A stretch of 64,000 nt of DNA from Spirogloea muscicola (Eukaryota), in NCBI GenBank assembly GCA_009602725.1, contig WELB01000012.1, positions 742,619 through 806,618 of the forward strand. The letters run 5' to 3'. The position numbers and the translations under genes are program-made. Shown here one piece after another: positions 11,583-25,549 of this stretch (the stretch's first letter is position 1; every line of letters starts with the position of its first letter). The notes beneath the pieces were generated by a model. The model was given only the letters and a program-made list of their open reading frames with translations. It ran no database searches and was not told where the DNA came from.

Positions 11583-14500
11583 TCATGCAGCGGCTGCCGC
11601 TGCAAGCTGCTGCTCCGTGGCACTGACAGCCTGCAGTTCCTCCACAACACCCTCCAGTCGCTCCCACTCTGCCTCGGCCTCGGCCAGCGCTGCCTGCGCT
11701 GCGAGCTTGGCCGTCAGCAGCTCCTGCACTTTGCCCACGTCACTGCCCGCGTCCATCATCTGCTCGTCCAGCAGCACACACTCCTTTTCCCGCTCACTGA
11801 TCACCTCCAGCAGCCGCTTGATCTTGGCTTGCGCCTGCAAGGACACCACGATTGGCGCGCCCATGGCCCAGCGCGTAGGCGCAGTCTCAAGGTCAGTGCC
11901 CACTTGATTGACGCAGTCTCTGACCACTTATCAGCAGCCATTAAGGCGGCAAGCCACGAAGTAAATTTAAGTCCATCAGCCTCAGGACGCAGGCCTCCCA
12001 TCCAATTTCCCAATGCTATCCCAACTCAACCAATCATAAGTTGTAGAGTCACAACTTTGACTCCAATCATTCTTTCATCCTGAGCCCCTTCCTTGACGTA
12101 CCCTCTCATGGTAAGCCCTCAGATCATGAGCCCTTCAGTCAAGCAACAAACCCCTTGATTGTGAAGCGCACCTGCTGCAGCTTCTTCCGATCGTTTGCCT
12201 GCCCGGTCCCAGGCCTTCTCTCCGGGTCCTTGGTTGGACTGCCGGCCGCAGCTGCAATCGTCCTAATCTGCATCCCCTGCACAGCCGCCCCTCGTCCTCC
12301 TCGTTGCACGGCCGCCCTTCCAAAGTCGCCATCCTGCAGCTCGCCGGCAATGCAGAAAGCGACTGCGACCCCACCGTCGGGCAGCACCCGTGCAACATGC
12401 GTGGGCCCCATGGCCTCTGCAAACTCCAGCTCGTGCGTGATGGCCACGACCGTGCCTGCCGCACATGGCACAGAGAGGGCCTCTGCAAGGCTGAGAATGA
12501 CCACCGCATGGGCGATCACAGCACTCAGTTCGGATGTCTGCACCAACACGCATCGATGCCTGCCAGCGGGCCAGCAGCAGCTACCTTTGAAGCTCTTGAC
12601 GGCGGCGGCCAGTGCCTTGGCGGTGGGCCGGTCGAGGTGGTTGCTCGCCTCGTCCAGCAGGAGGACATTGTGCGGCCGCAAGACGAAGCCACCCAATGCC
12701 ACGCGTGCCTTCTCGCCGCCTGGTGGCACAGCATTTAAAGGAGCTCGCAGATTCATCAAGAAGGAAACGGCGAGCTCAATGCATGTCCCCAACTACTGAG
12801 TAGCAGCCAAAGAGAAGGAGATTGAGCTGACTCATGATGTAGAGAAATGTATAATTGCATGTATGAAGAAAACTGTGAGTGCCAAGGTCCTCACCCCCAC
12901 ATTCTAGCATTTATCTGCGATAGTTGGCCGCCACACCTTTACTTAGCTCAGCAAATTACTAATTTTATGCAAGACAAGAAAGTGGCACCGATTCATCACT
13001 GCAACCAAGCTTTGCAGTCTGCAATCTGGTCAGTGCCCCCTGCCCTGCTGGCCCCTTCATGGCCACATACCTGAGAGCTCCCTGATTGGGCGTAAGGCGG
13101 TCTCGCCGCTGAGGCCCAGCGCGCCAAGTGCAGTCCGCGCTTTCACATCCGTCACAGTCGGGTCCTTCTCTCTTGCTATCTGCACGGCAGCACAACAGCA
13201 GGTAGATGGCTCAGTGATACAGGTCTCAGATTTAGTGAAGCTGCACCGCAGTCCTCATCCATTGCCTACAAACCACTGAGATGGTAGAGCCGTGCAGCTG
13301 ATCGGCTTGCGTGGCGCTAGAAGCACGTACCTCCAGGACGCACTCAAGTGCTGAGAGGTCCTGCGGCAGGTCCTGTGCAAGGTCCTGTGTGAAGATGCCA
13401 ATCTGGACGCCGGTGCCAACCTCCCGAGTACCCTCAAGCAGCGTCCGCTCGCCGGCCAGCGCCCGCAGCAGCGTCGACTTCCCGCATCCGTTGGGGCCGA
13501 GGATGACCTGCCACAACAACCGGCGCAGCTGATACCAGTGTCAGCTTGCTACTGTGGAATCAGACGGTGCGGCACCCTACGTCTGAACCTCCTACTATAC
13601 CCAGCCCAAAATCCGCAGGCCCTAAGCGACTAATCATGCAATACAACACCTCCTCACATTGCAACGTCTACAGAATCCCACTATCTCAGTAGGATGTGGT
13701 GATAAGTGAAAGACCAGTGACCTCTTGTACCGAGTCCCTTGCACAACTGCAGCCGAGAAGCACCTGCCAGCATTGGCCAGGTCTTGAGCATCAAGGGGGG
13801 CCTTCTGCATACCAGCCGCATGCCCGTCTCCAGATTGAGGTTGACGTTACGGAGCAGGGCCTGCCCGGCTGCCCAGCCTACGGCCGCCTTCTTCAAGGTC
13901 AGCACCTCACGGGCGCATGCTGGCGCTGGTGGGAGCTTCACGCTCACGCTCCGCCGCTCCCCGGCAGCATCCGCCATCCCTGGCAAGGCATTGCCGATAG
14001 GACGATGGCATCAGCAGAGCAAAGTGGACAGCAAGCAAGCGAGCAACAGCTTCAAGCTTTGCACCTCGTGAGAGACGGCAAGGCAAGAGCTTCCAGAGCA
14101 GAAATGAAGCTCAAAAAGCACGACATCTTACAAGTGAGGGCTTGACCAGAAAGTTGTCAGGCCTCTAAGAAGAAGTCGCGTATACATACTTTGCCATATA
14201 CTTTTGAGATACAGCTTCGCTAGAAGTTTGGGACAAATCCTAGATGCGCACCCGCAACAACTTCTTGGGGCATGTCCTCCTGGAGGCGGGCCAGCTGCTT
14301 CTTCTTGGAATTGGCGGCCGCCGCCTTGGTTGCCTTGGCGCCAAAGCGAGTGATGAAGCCCTGGAGCCGTGCGGCCTCGCGGGAGCGGCCCTCGGCCTCC
14401 GCGGCCGCCTGCTGCTGCCGCGCCTCCCGCTCCCGGAGGAACTTGGAGTAGTTGCCGGTAAAGTGGTGCAGCTGGCTGCCGCGGATCTCAGCAATGCGCC

Positions 14501-15875
14501 CACAAACGCGGTCCAGGAGCTCCTCGTCGTGGCTCACCACGATAGCCGAGCCCGGCGCTGCGCGCAGATAGTTGGCCAGCCACGCCTGCCAGCCGAGTAG
14601 CAGAGCCAGTTTCAGAGCTGCAAAGACTTAACATCCATGTTGACAGCGTTCATGACTCCAGCAAGTTCAGGCGCACCCTGGCGCTGCTGTCGAGGTGGTT
14701 GGTTGGCTCGTCGAGGAGGAGAAGGGATCGCGCGCCGGCGCCAGCCTGAGCCAGCAGCAGGCGAGCGAGCGCGATGCGCATCTGCCAGCCGCCCGAGAAC
14801 TCGGCGCACGACCGCTTCCAGTCGCGCGGGCCGAACCCCAGGCCACCGAGCACGCTGTCCAGGATGAGAAGGCCTTGTCAGCACTTTCAGACAAGCTGCT
14901 GGCAAACTGGACCCCGGCTGGCAGAGAGGACGACCACAACAATACAACGATGTCCTCAGTGTTGCAGTGCTTCTGCAGCGCTGCACGCCGGAAAAGCACC
15001 TGGCGATGCTCTCGTCCGCCTTGTAGCCATCCACAGCCTCAAAGGCCTCCATGGCCTGGCCGAGCCGCTGCACAGCGCCGTGCTCCTCGCGCTCCACCGC
15101 CAGCTCCGCGGCCCGGAGCTCTTCTTCGGCAGCGTTGAGCTCTGCCATCTCCGACCGCGCCTCATCCCACGTAGTGCGTGTGGACCCCGACACGGCCGTC
15201 TGCTCCAGATACCCAAGCCGGGTCCCGGTGTCCAGAAGCACGGCACCGCGATCTGGGTCCCGCCGTCCTGCGATCACTCGCAACAACGTGGACTTGCCGC
15301 AGCCGTTGGCGCCGACGAGGCCCACACGGTCGCCGGGCACCAGCCGCCAGGCCGCGCCGTCCAGGAGGTCGCGCTCGCCGGCGCTCAGCCCCACGCTGTC
15401 CAGCAGGAGCACCTGCAACGCCAAAAGGAGGGCGGCCCACGAGATAAGACATTGGCGAGCTTCGTTATCTGTGGCTGGGAGCTCAATCACAGCAGCGGGA
15501 CACTCGAATCCACAGGGTTTAAGGAGGGGTCTGCGGTGTGCGACGCGACAGAAGGGTTTTAGATGCTCTCAGCAGCCAGATAGCATAGAAGCATAGAAGC
15601 ATAGACGTCGTCGAGGCTCTGGATCGGCTCCATCTTGTGCTTCCAGGTGGGCGCGCTTGCGACGCCCGGCTTCTGCTTGGTGTTCAGAAGCTCTTGCCAA
15701 GAGGGGGCTGCGGCTGTGGCAGGCCACAGCCCAGAAGGAGATGGACAAGGTCCAGAGGGATTTTGAACCACTGCGAGGGCAGGGGTTCAAATCGGGGAGT
15801 TTCGCTTACGGCGCCGCCGGTGTCGCCGACGCGCGGGCCGCGGGCGGCGGCGGGCCGGGGGCTCTGCCACGGCGC
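11583..15875 (-). CDS. ABC-F family ATPase (two ABC cassettes, no membrane domain, Uup/YheS-like C-terminal coiled coil), 5' partial
   Basis: Walker [10 protein letters not shown] and GPNGCGKST, signatures FSGGWQMR and GGEKARVAL, Walker [13 protein letters not shown] and [20 protein letters not shown], linker FTGNYSKF, C-terminal coiled coil ending AEWERLE. Confidence 0.92.
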
Positions 15876-16767
15876 NNNNNNNNNNNNNNNNNNNNNNNNN
15901 NNNNNNNNNNNNNNNNNNNNNNNNNNNNNNNNNNNNNNNNNNNNNNNNNNNNNNNNNNNNNNNNNNNNNNNNNNNNNNNNNNNNNNNNNNNNNNNNNNNN
16001 NNNNNNNNNNNNNNNNNNNNNNNNNNNNNNNNNNNNNNNNNNNNNNNNNNNNNNNNNNNNNNNNNNNNNNNNNNNNNNNNNNNNNNNNNNNNNNNNNNNN
16101 NNNNNNNNNNNNNNNNNNNNNNNNNNNNNNNNNNNNNNNNNNNNNNNNNNNNNNNNNNNNNNNNNNNNNNNNNNNNNNNNNNNNNNNNNNNNNNNNNNNN
16201 NNNNNNNNNNNNNNNNNNNNNNNNNNNNNNNNNNNNNNNNNNNNNNNNNNNNNNNNNNNNNNNNNNNNNNNNNNNNNNNNNNNNNNNNNNNNNNNNNNNN
16301 NNNNNNNNNNNNNNNNNNNNNNNNNNNNNNNNNNNNNNNNNNNNNNNNNNNNNNNNNNNNNNNNNNNNNNNNNNNNNNNNNNNNNNNNNNNNNNNNNNNN
16401 NNNNNNNNNNNNNNNNNNNNNNNNNNNNNNNNNNNNNNNNNNNNNNNNNNNNNNNNNNNNNNNNNNNNNNNNNNNNNNNNNNNNNNNNNNNNNNNNNNNN
16501 NNNNNNNNNNNNNNNNNNNNNNNNNNNNNNNNNNNNNNNNNNNNNNNNNNNNNNNNNNNNNNNNNNNNNNNNNNNNNNNNNNNNNNNNNNNNNNNNNNNN
16601 NNNNNNNNNNNNNNNNNNNNNNNNNNNNNNNNNNNNNNNNNNNNNNNNNNNNNNNNNNNNNNNNNNNNNNNNNNNNNNNNNNNNNNNNNNNNNNNNNNNN
16701 NNNNNNNNNNNNNNNNNNNNNNNNNNNNNNNNNNNNNNNNNNNNNNNNNNNNNNNNNNNNNNNNNNN
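15876..16767. other. Assembly gap (N)
   Basis: Run of N. Confidence 0.95.
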
Positions 16768-18038
16768 CCCCAGTGCCCTCTCTCCCTTTCTGCAGTGCCG
16801 CCCCCCAACCTCTCCCTTCCCTCAGGCAGGTCACTCGATAGCTGCACCTCTCCCTCAACGCCACCCCTGGCAGCACCCCCTCTCTCCCCGGCCTCGATAC
16901 CCCCCTCGCCCACTCCCACCCCCCTCAGGCGCTTCCCACAAACTGCTGACATTCATCTCACCCCCCCCTTGCCGGCCCCCTATCCTGGCGGCGGCGGCGG
17001 CAACCACGGCGGCGGCGGCTCGGCTGTGCTTGCCTTGAAGATAGCTGCTGTGCTGCCTCCCCGGCGGCTCGCTCCTGCGGGACATTGGCGTCAGAAAGCC
17101 GGTCTCGCGCTTGGCCTGACGAGGGTGCCCTTGCCAGCCACCTCGTTGCCTGCGAGGCGGCACAAGGCGGCGGTGCGGCGGCGGCGGCGGCAGCGGCGGC
17201 GGGAGGCGATTGATTGTACAAGCCCGCGCCGAATGTGGAGCTTGGTAGACGCCGCACTTGCAGCTTCGTCCGGCAGGCGCTCCATTTGTCGATCATTGTT
17301 GCTGAACGCCACCGGCATCGGCTCCAGAAACGACTTCCTCTGACGAGGCTCTAGGCCTCCCGATGCAAGGCAAATTACAGTGCCTATCGTGAATAGGTAT
17401 ATTGATGAGCTTCAGAGTATGTTGTCCACCTTCGCCAGCTGCATATGCATCAGACAGGGGTAAGACATCCTGGGATTTAGCCGGAGCAGCTTTTGGCAGT
17501 GGTCTGCACCGGCTGGCACTCGAGCGCACCTCGCCTGCAGGCTGAGGTCAGGGCACTCGGATAACGCCAATGGACCGCTTGCTTACCGCGTTGCTCGGTC
17601 ATGGCAGATCGTGCAGCTACTCATTAGAACATCTGTGGTGGAGCGAGCATCGCTGCTGCTGCAAGGTGCACTTAGTGGAGGATACGACGAAGAAGAAGCT
17701 GTGTCGGCCATTACATGGAGCATCGTAGGAATCAACCAATCTTGACCTAAGGCCAGCAGGGACCCTGATTGGTAGCCATCTCCGGTGCTTGATTGCTGCT
17801 GGTATCACCAGCTCCGGAGCTATATGTGTCATGCCAGTGCCGGAGCTTCAATTGGCCTACAGGGTGATGGGCTGCTCGCTGAGGTGTGGCCTCTAGGCAC
17901 CGATCAAGACGGGTGACCTGGAGGTCACTAGAGTCGCAGGTCAATGATGCAGCTGAAGGCAGGGGCTGTTCAGCGCCAGCTCTGCGGTCGCTGCGCCTCC
18001 TCTGCCAGTGAGACTGTGAAAGCGAAGCAGCTTGCAGG

Positions 18039-21000
18039 ATGTTTGGCGCCCTGACCTCTGTGTCGCTCACCCCGGCGAAGCTCAGCCGAAACTGGCGCAA
18101 GGCATTCTTGGCGCTATGGCTCCTCTCCGGCATACTGATGGCTGTATATATCTTCGTGAACAATCATCGGAGCTTCAGCCGCCAGCGCCAGAGGCAGCTG
18201 GAGAGCATCTGTATGGATCGGGCGGCCATGATCGAAGAGAAGGTGCAGAGTTTTGCCTGTTGCCATCCCTGATTGAAGTTGCTATAGATTCAGATACTCT
18301 CTTCCTGCAGCCTTTGTCTACTTTGCAGTGCAAGTCTGGCCTGACTCGTGTGATTGTTGCATACCTAAACCCACCAGCAATGACCGCCAGTCCGCTTCTT
18401 GAGAGTAGACAATGCTGCTCAGCATGCTTTTGAAACCTAATTTTAGCAGCTCCTTCCTGGTGCAGTTCTTGACAAACACTCAGCAAATACGGGCACTTCA
18501 GGCGCTTGTCAAGACTTTCCATCTTGGCAAAGTCCCCTCTCAGCTTGATAGTGCAGCCTTTGAGGTATGCCACTGTCGTTCTTTCAATAACACTTGAGTG
18601 ATATGCAGTCCTCCTTGGAATTGCCAGCTTCTTGTTGTGCTACGAAAACTTGACAGGTCAAGGAGAACAAGCCGACTGCCTATGCACTTACACTCTGCAC
18701 GGGGTTTTAGCATCTCTGAAACTTTTGAAGCCTGAGCTAGAAGCCAGCGCAGGGTATGACCAAGAGCTGCAGTAGAGCCTTGTTCAGGTGGGGCTTTGCG
18801 AGCTTGTCAATGTCTCACACTTGCCAATAGCTGCCGCCTTAATGCAGATGTATGTCAATGAGACGAAGCTTGATCATGCTATTGTCAATCATCATGTGAT
18901 GGCATTTGTGAAGCACTCTCATCGTGCTAACTTTGAGAAAAACAATGGCTTGAAGGTATCAGAGTGGGTGCCCATGAAGGTCGGCTTCCCGAACCACCTC
19001 CCCTGTCAGCTTAGGTGTCCTTATATACAGCAACAGAGGGTCCTCAGTTGCATGACATTGGTAGCAGATGAGCTACAGGTGCTGCACCTGTTGGCACCCC
19101 GGATATGCCTTGGCCTTATGAAAGTGGTACGTGGATGTGGCAGAGTCGCTATGTGGACCTTGATGAATATGTAGTCATAACCCACTCAGCCCCACGCCAC
19201 TCTCATCCAAGCTTGGATTTGCTTTCACAACCACTGCTTTACAAGGTATATGGGCAGCCCGACACTTGGGCGGCTTACTTCCGATACATGCATGTGACAC
19301 TGCAGCATAATGTACAGAGCGAGCAGTTGAGGCGTAGGTAGCAGAATGAGTATTTGCCAAAAGTCAGAGAACATAAGAGACGGTGACATGCGTTGGTCTT
19401 ATAAAACAAGGGCAGTTGCAGTTTGCAGGCCATCAACTTACTGCTCTGATAGTTAAGAAAGTCATGGCAAAGTAGTTCATTGCTCAGTTTCAAAATGTCG
19501 TAGTAATGTGCTACGTGCCTTATCATGTGCGAGGAGTAATGTGTGGACCCTGACTTGTGCTGTATGGCTGTAGACGGTTGCCCGGGCACGAGAAACAGGC
19601 AACATGGCAACCTCAGCGCCCTTTGTGTTCAACAACAAGACAGTGATTTACATCACCTTCTCAGTCGTTGACTCTAAAGCCTTGCCCTGGGCACCAGCCG
19701 AAGCCCAGTCCGAAGCTCTCAGGGGCTTTGTGGGGGGCCTTCTAGATCCAACTGTTTGCATCGAACCTCTTTTGAGCACTCAAAGCTCCTCCAGGCACGT
19801 ATACAAGTTGGAAGAGCTAACACAGAATTTGGAAGTGTGGTTGCATGCTTGCTCCTTGCCCATTTGCTGCTAAATGTCTGTTGGACCGCATCTGTGTGGC
19901 AGCATACATCTGAGCTTCTGGCCTTTGCTCAAGCACAGTGCCAGCTGTGCACTTGCTGCTGTCCAGATAAACATTGATATGGTTTGCACCAGTATCAACC
20001 AGTATCAATGGTTTGCACCAGTCAGTGATTATCAAATAAAATAATCACTGACTGTTGGAAGTGACTGAGACATATACTTGCGTTCATATGTGTGCAGGAA
20101 CAGGGTTGACAGTCTTTCCTGCCTTGTCTTGCGCATCGATGATGTCACTGAGGATGTTCCATTGGGCCTGTATGTGCCACAAGGTTCAGAGCTCGCTGTT
20201 GGAGGTCCTGGTTTGCCTAACCCGTATCACAGTGCTGTGTACAAACTGGACTTGGGCGATAGCAGCCGGAGGTATGCATGTGGCAGGGGATCCTACTATA
20301 CTTATTAACTTGAAAAGAATCACAACACACTTTCACTTTCGGTTCAGAAGGTCTGGTGACAATGGAAGGCCGTTGTGTTTGAGGAGAGTAGGGGCTGAAT
20401 ATGAATAAAAGGACCAGTCTTTTGTTGTGGGATGATGTCAGTGCTGTGAGAGCAAAGCCACCTCGTCTAAATTGTTCTGGGAGCATTGATCTGCAGGCAT
20501 GAGCTCCGTTGTGGATATGCTGTTCCGTACACCTTTCCTAAGGGGGCCCTCCTCTCTGGTGTCCTGGCACTTGTCATCTCCCTCCTGTTGCTCGAGATCA
20601 TTTGGGAAGCGTTTCACAGAATAGAGCAAATGGAGTTGGACTATCACCGTATGGAGGCACTCAAGGATGAGATGAAGGTGGACACCTGTGGAGCTGCTTG
20701 TACAAATAATATATTTCAGCTTATTCTAGGCAGCATTGCTATTTCCTGCTTTTGTGCGTCGCTCAGGGTCATTGAAGTCGGCTTTGACATCACTGTGCTT
20801 GAGCTTTGGTGCAGGCTGCCAAAGTGGCCGCAGAAGCTGGCAACATGGCCAAGTCTGCCTTTCTAGCTACCATTTCCCATGAGATACGTACGCCCATGAA
20901 TGGGATGCTGGGGATGATTAACCTGTTAATCCGAACACCAATGGATCACATACAGCTCGACTACTGCAGGACTGCCCAGTCAAGTGGCAATGCCCTCATC

Positions 21001-24000
21001 TACCTCATCAACGATGTGTTGGACCTCTCCAAGATTGAGTCTGGGCGCATGGTACTTACATCAGACACATCACTAGCACAATCTGATGGAAGTAAAGATA
21101 GGATACCTACTGTATCTCATTCTGGGAATATGTCGCTCTCATTGATGATAGGTTGTCACAGTTGCAGTTCATGAGCCCGACAACAGCTGGGCCAGGATTC
21201 GTTCTTTTGATACTAGATCCTGCAATAGTAGACCTTGGGCTCAGCAATGTGGTGATGAGAGGTCTTTTGCACTCAGAGGGCATGCTTGTACATTCTTGCC
21301 TTAAGGGACTGCTATGATGCTGACAAATTGGTTGTGTGCTTCGCAGGAGCTTGAGTCTATTACTTTCAACCTTCACATGCTCGTTGATGACGTCCTGAGT
21401 ATGTTCGCTTCGGTGGCCCAAAAAACCTGGGAAGAAGGTGATGGCCTGGAGCTAGCTGCCCAGATCCTGGATAGTGTGCCAAGATGCTTGGTTGGGGATC
21501 CAGTGCGGCTTCGTCAGGTCTTGGTGAACCTGATTGGCAATGCACTGAAGTTCACGAAGAAAGGTCACATCCTTCTGAAAGTGAAGAAGGTTGTTGAAAA
21601 GGTAGAGGAGCCACCGACATCTGTACGAAGTGGTGATATCTCATTGCAAAGAAGTGGACCGCTGACACCAAGGACAGTCTTTCCTTCTCACTCTGAAGGC
21701 CTCTTCAAGTTGGCCCGTCAAACAATTTTCAAAGCAATGAGGTGGATACCAGGTCATGCTTATGGGCTCACTACCAAGGATATCGAGGGGGTCAGCATGC
21801 CCTTGTCATCCAATGGCATACATCCCTTGCAACTAGCAGCTGATGAGCAATCTGATCATGCTGAGGCGGAGAGTACAGATGGCCTTTTTCCGGCAGATGG
21901 CAAGTCATCCCAATGCTGCGGTACTTGTCAGGCTTTGAGGCAGGTCATGCCATGCTCTGACCAGGAGAGGACGCCGAGCCCTGCTGCTGCAGACTCCGTG
22001 CTCAGATGTGATCATGGTGAGCTTGCTACTCATGAGGACTTCGTGACGAGGCAGCTAGAGTCACTCAAGGCATCCACTTCTGGGCGTGGTATACTAAGGA
22101 CGTTGACGCTCAAGAGTCTGAGTGGGAGAAGGGTAGCAGAAGACAAGGACAGGGTGGCCTCTCGCTTCAGGCCTTCAAGCCCAGGGGTCACAGGAAGTGT
22201 GACACGAGATAGTGATACAGGTAGGAGGGAAATGTATCTGTCAGGTAGGACTTATGAGAATGAGAAGCCCCAAGAAGATGCAAGTTCTTGCATCAACAAG
22301 GATGAGGGGAAAGACAAAGAATCTACAGGAGCAAGAGGTAGGCCTGTCAGGTTGGTGTTTGAGCTTGAGGACACTGGTATTGGCATCCCGCAATCTGCCC
22401 AAAGCAGAATATTTGAGCCGTTCATGCAGGCTGACAGCAGCACCCAGCGACTTCATGGGGGCACTGGCATTGGCCTTAGTATCAGTCAAAGGTAAGGCTG
22501 GCTCCCCCGTTACATGTCAAGGAAGTACAGGCCTATCTTGCATCGCACCTTCAGCAGATTTCTGTGGACACAATGTACCTCCTGCTCGTGTCCTGGGCAA
22601 CTGCTGGAAGTAAAGAAGACGAAAGGAGACAGTCAGGACTCCCCAACTTGTCACTTGTTCACCTTGAGTACGTGGATGGTATGAGTTCGCATGAGAATTG
22701 CCATATGTTATCCTGGATGACTGAGGCTCCTGACACATATCTGCTGTTTAATCAGGCTGGTGGCTATGATGGGCGGGAATATGACATTCGTGAGCGAGCT
22801 AGGAGTGGGTACAACATTCAAGTTTGATATCCTGCTGGAGGATCTGGGAAAGCAAGAGGCAATGGCCGAGGAAGAACCAGAACTCCCAAACATGACAAAG
22901 CTAAAGGGCTTGAGAGCCTTAATTGTGGACGAGCGCCCTGTCAGGGCTGAGGTTCGTTACTTGGACCTATCTGTTATACTAAAGTCGCTGTGAAGTGTAC
23001 AGTATAGGATGGTCTAGGCTGGAGCCTGAAGGAACAGCTGAGTCAAGAGTCGCTGACTCTTGCGTTTATGGATCTGGTATGAGCAGAGTACTGATCTAAT
23101 TCAAAGGACTGATGCACTGCTGTTTCTTGGCCAAACATAACAGGTCACTGCCAGTTACTTGCTGCGGCTTGGTGTTTACGTGGAGTTTGCCGAGGGGACA
23201 GAGGAAGCTCTGCAGAAATTGGAGCAGAGTGGACAGACATCTTTGGCTGCAGCAGCACAAGCGCATACAGCGACAACAACACATGGCCCGTTTTTAGCCC
23301 CGTGGGACATTGTCTTGGTCGATTCAAGTACCTCCAGTCTGACCGGCTGGGCCGCATTAGAGACGGCTTTCGTAGAAGCGCTTGACAAGGTGGGTTGTGG
23401 CCGAGTCCTCGATGCATTCCTGTTGCAGCGCTAGTCCAAGGCAGGACCTCAATCTGTCACTTGAGTTCCTGATCTGATGTCCTATTCAATCAAGGATGAA
23501 GCATGCTTTGCGCATACCACTGAGCTGCCTTATTAACTGACTATAGAAGCACAAGGCTTACTGTTCCATGCCTGTCAGGGTCGTTACCTCATGCCTTCCG
23601 TTTGTATATCAATTGCAGAACCAAGACAGACCAGGGGTGCAACCTGCAAAGCTTGTTCTCCTGGCCACAACTTTGCAGCAGGACAACGAGCTTCTTGCCA
23701 GGAAGTTGGGGTTCTCTACAACTCTACTCAAGCCCCTGCGCAGTCGGTCCATGGCAGCAGGCCTCCTTCAGGCTCTGGAGATGGGCACAAGCCGGCCCGG
23801 GGTGATGACGAGGCGGGCAACGCTGCAGAGGCAGGAGATGCTGTGCATGGTGCTCAGTGGCAAGCAGATTATGGTGAGCACCTTTCGAGTGGGAGTGCTT
23901 CCGTGCTGTAGTATATCTTATATATGAGGACCGAAGTTGCAGTGCTTGCATGTGCTGGCCATGCTAGTGGAGTTTTCCACTGCTTGTGGACTCAATGGGG

Positions 24001-24808
24001 CTCAGAGCTCTAGTGTTGGTATTCTCAAAGCGGCAGTGTCATGCTGTTGTATGTGGCATGAGCCTTCCACTTTTTTTATGCATGATGTCGGGGACTTTTG
24101 CAGGTTGTGGATGACAACTTGGTGAATCGGAAGGTAGCATCTGCAACACTTGCTCGCTTTGGTGCAGTTGTGCACTGCGTTGAAAGTGGGAAGAAGGCCC
24201 TTCAGAGCTTGGCAGCATTGCGCAACTTTGACTGCATCCTTATGGATGTGCAGATGCCTGAGATGGATGGGTAGGTGACTGCCTACACAGAGAAAGGTCC
24301 TTGTCTTTCTAGCTTTGCCTGACTGCAGTCAATGATGTCAAGAGTTGCAGGTGTTTTCAGGCCAGAGTTTTTCTGGACAGAAAGTTTGGGCCTCATAGCA
24401 CGTAAACTCTTTCAAAGATACAAGAATAGAAATAAACATCTGTGAGGCAGCAGCACAATTGTATCAGCACAAAATAGAAGGTGAATAAATGGCAGTTTTG
24501 GCAACTCATTGCGCATGTTATGCAGGTATGAGACCACAAAGCGCATCCGTGACATGGAGAAGAGCTGGCTTGAGGAAGAGCAGAAGACGGAGTTGCAAGC
24601 TTCCGTAGAGCTGCAGAGGGACAGTCTCAGTGTGTCCAAGCGATTACCTATTCTGGCCCTGACAGCTGACGTGGTAAAGGGCAGCAGAGAGAGGTGTGAG
24701 GAGGCCGGCATGGACGGTTTCGTGACCAAGCCCATCGAAGAAGAGCAGCTCTGGAAGGCGCTGATGCGCATCCTGTACGTCCCTCCAAGCCCTGTGAACG
24801 AAGATTAG
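18039..24808 (+). CDS. CHASE-domain hybrid histidine kinase (AHK/CRE1-like): TM, CHASE, TM, HisKA, HATPase, receiver-like and receiver domains; true start may lie further upstream
   Basis: TM1 [23 protein letters not shown] motifs [56 protein letters not shown]2; H-box [20 protein letters not shown]-box [11 protein letters not shown]1 EDTGIGIP; G2 [11 protein letters not shown]; receiver [12 protein letters not shown]...[14 protein letters not shown]...ILALTAD...DGFVTKP. Confidence 0.93.
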
Positions 24809-25549
24809 GTGGAAAGCATCCATAGAAGGTGTGAGTCGTTGCCTGGTTAACAGTAGCACTTAGCTTAGCTGATACAAAGATGATCCGGGACGACCATGTA
24901 AAAAGGAGCAACCAGGGGCAATTACTCTTCTACTGCTACTTGACTGTGTACGCTGCCTTGCACATCTCCGCTAGTTGCTTTTGCCTCAACATTTGGTGAT
25001 AGTTTTGTGTAGAGCCTCCATCTATGTGAGCCCACTCCTAGATGTAGGAAACCCAAGTGTAGTCAACTATCTGAAGGCGCCACTTGCTGGGTATCGGCCT
25101 TTCCTTTGAGAAGCCTGGCATCCCCGTGTAAGGTTCATTTCAGTGTGGTTTACAATCTGTTATTTCGCCTCCCCTCACTCGATATGTATGTTGGCAGACA
25201 AGAGACTGCTAAAGGCTGGTGCAGTCTTAAGTGGATGGTCGACTCTCTGGCCATCCTGCAGCATGAAAGGCTCGGCTCTAATATCAGATGTCCGTTGGGT
25301 GCGATGCTCTTGTGATACTGAATGTAAGAACAGAGACAGCAAAAGCTCAGATGTTCTCTGATGGGAGATGTGCCTCGTGCAACACCTTTGCGGCCGCGCA
25401 ACTTGGTTGATGAGGCCCACCAAGAAAAGGTAGGCTACACTGTTAATTTCCTAAGTATTGAATTTCAAAGCAGGTCCGGTTCAGCCCGACTTGCGTTTAT
25501 TTCTCCCACCGAGGCATCATCCACTCTCTTCACCAAGTTATCGAAGGCC

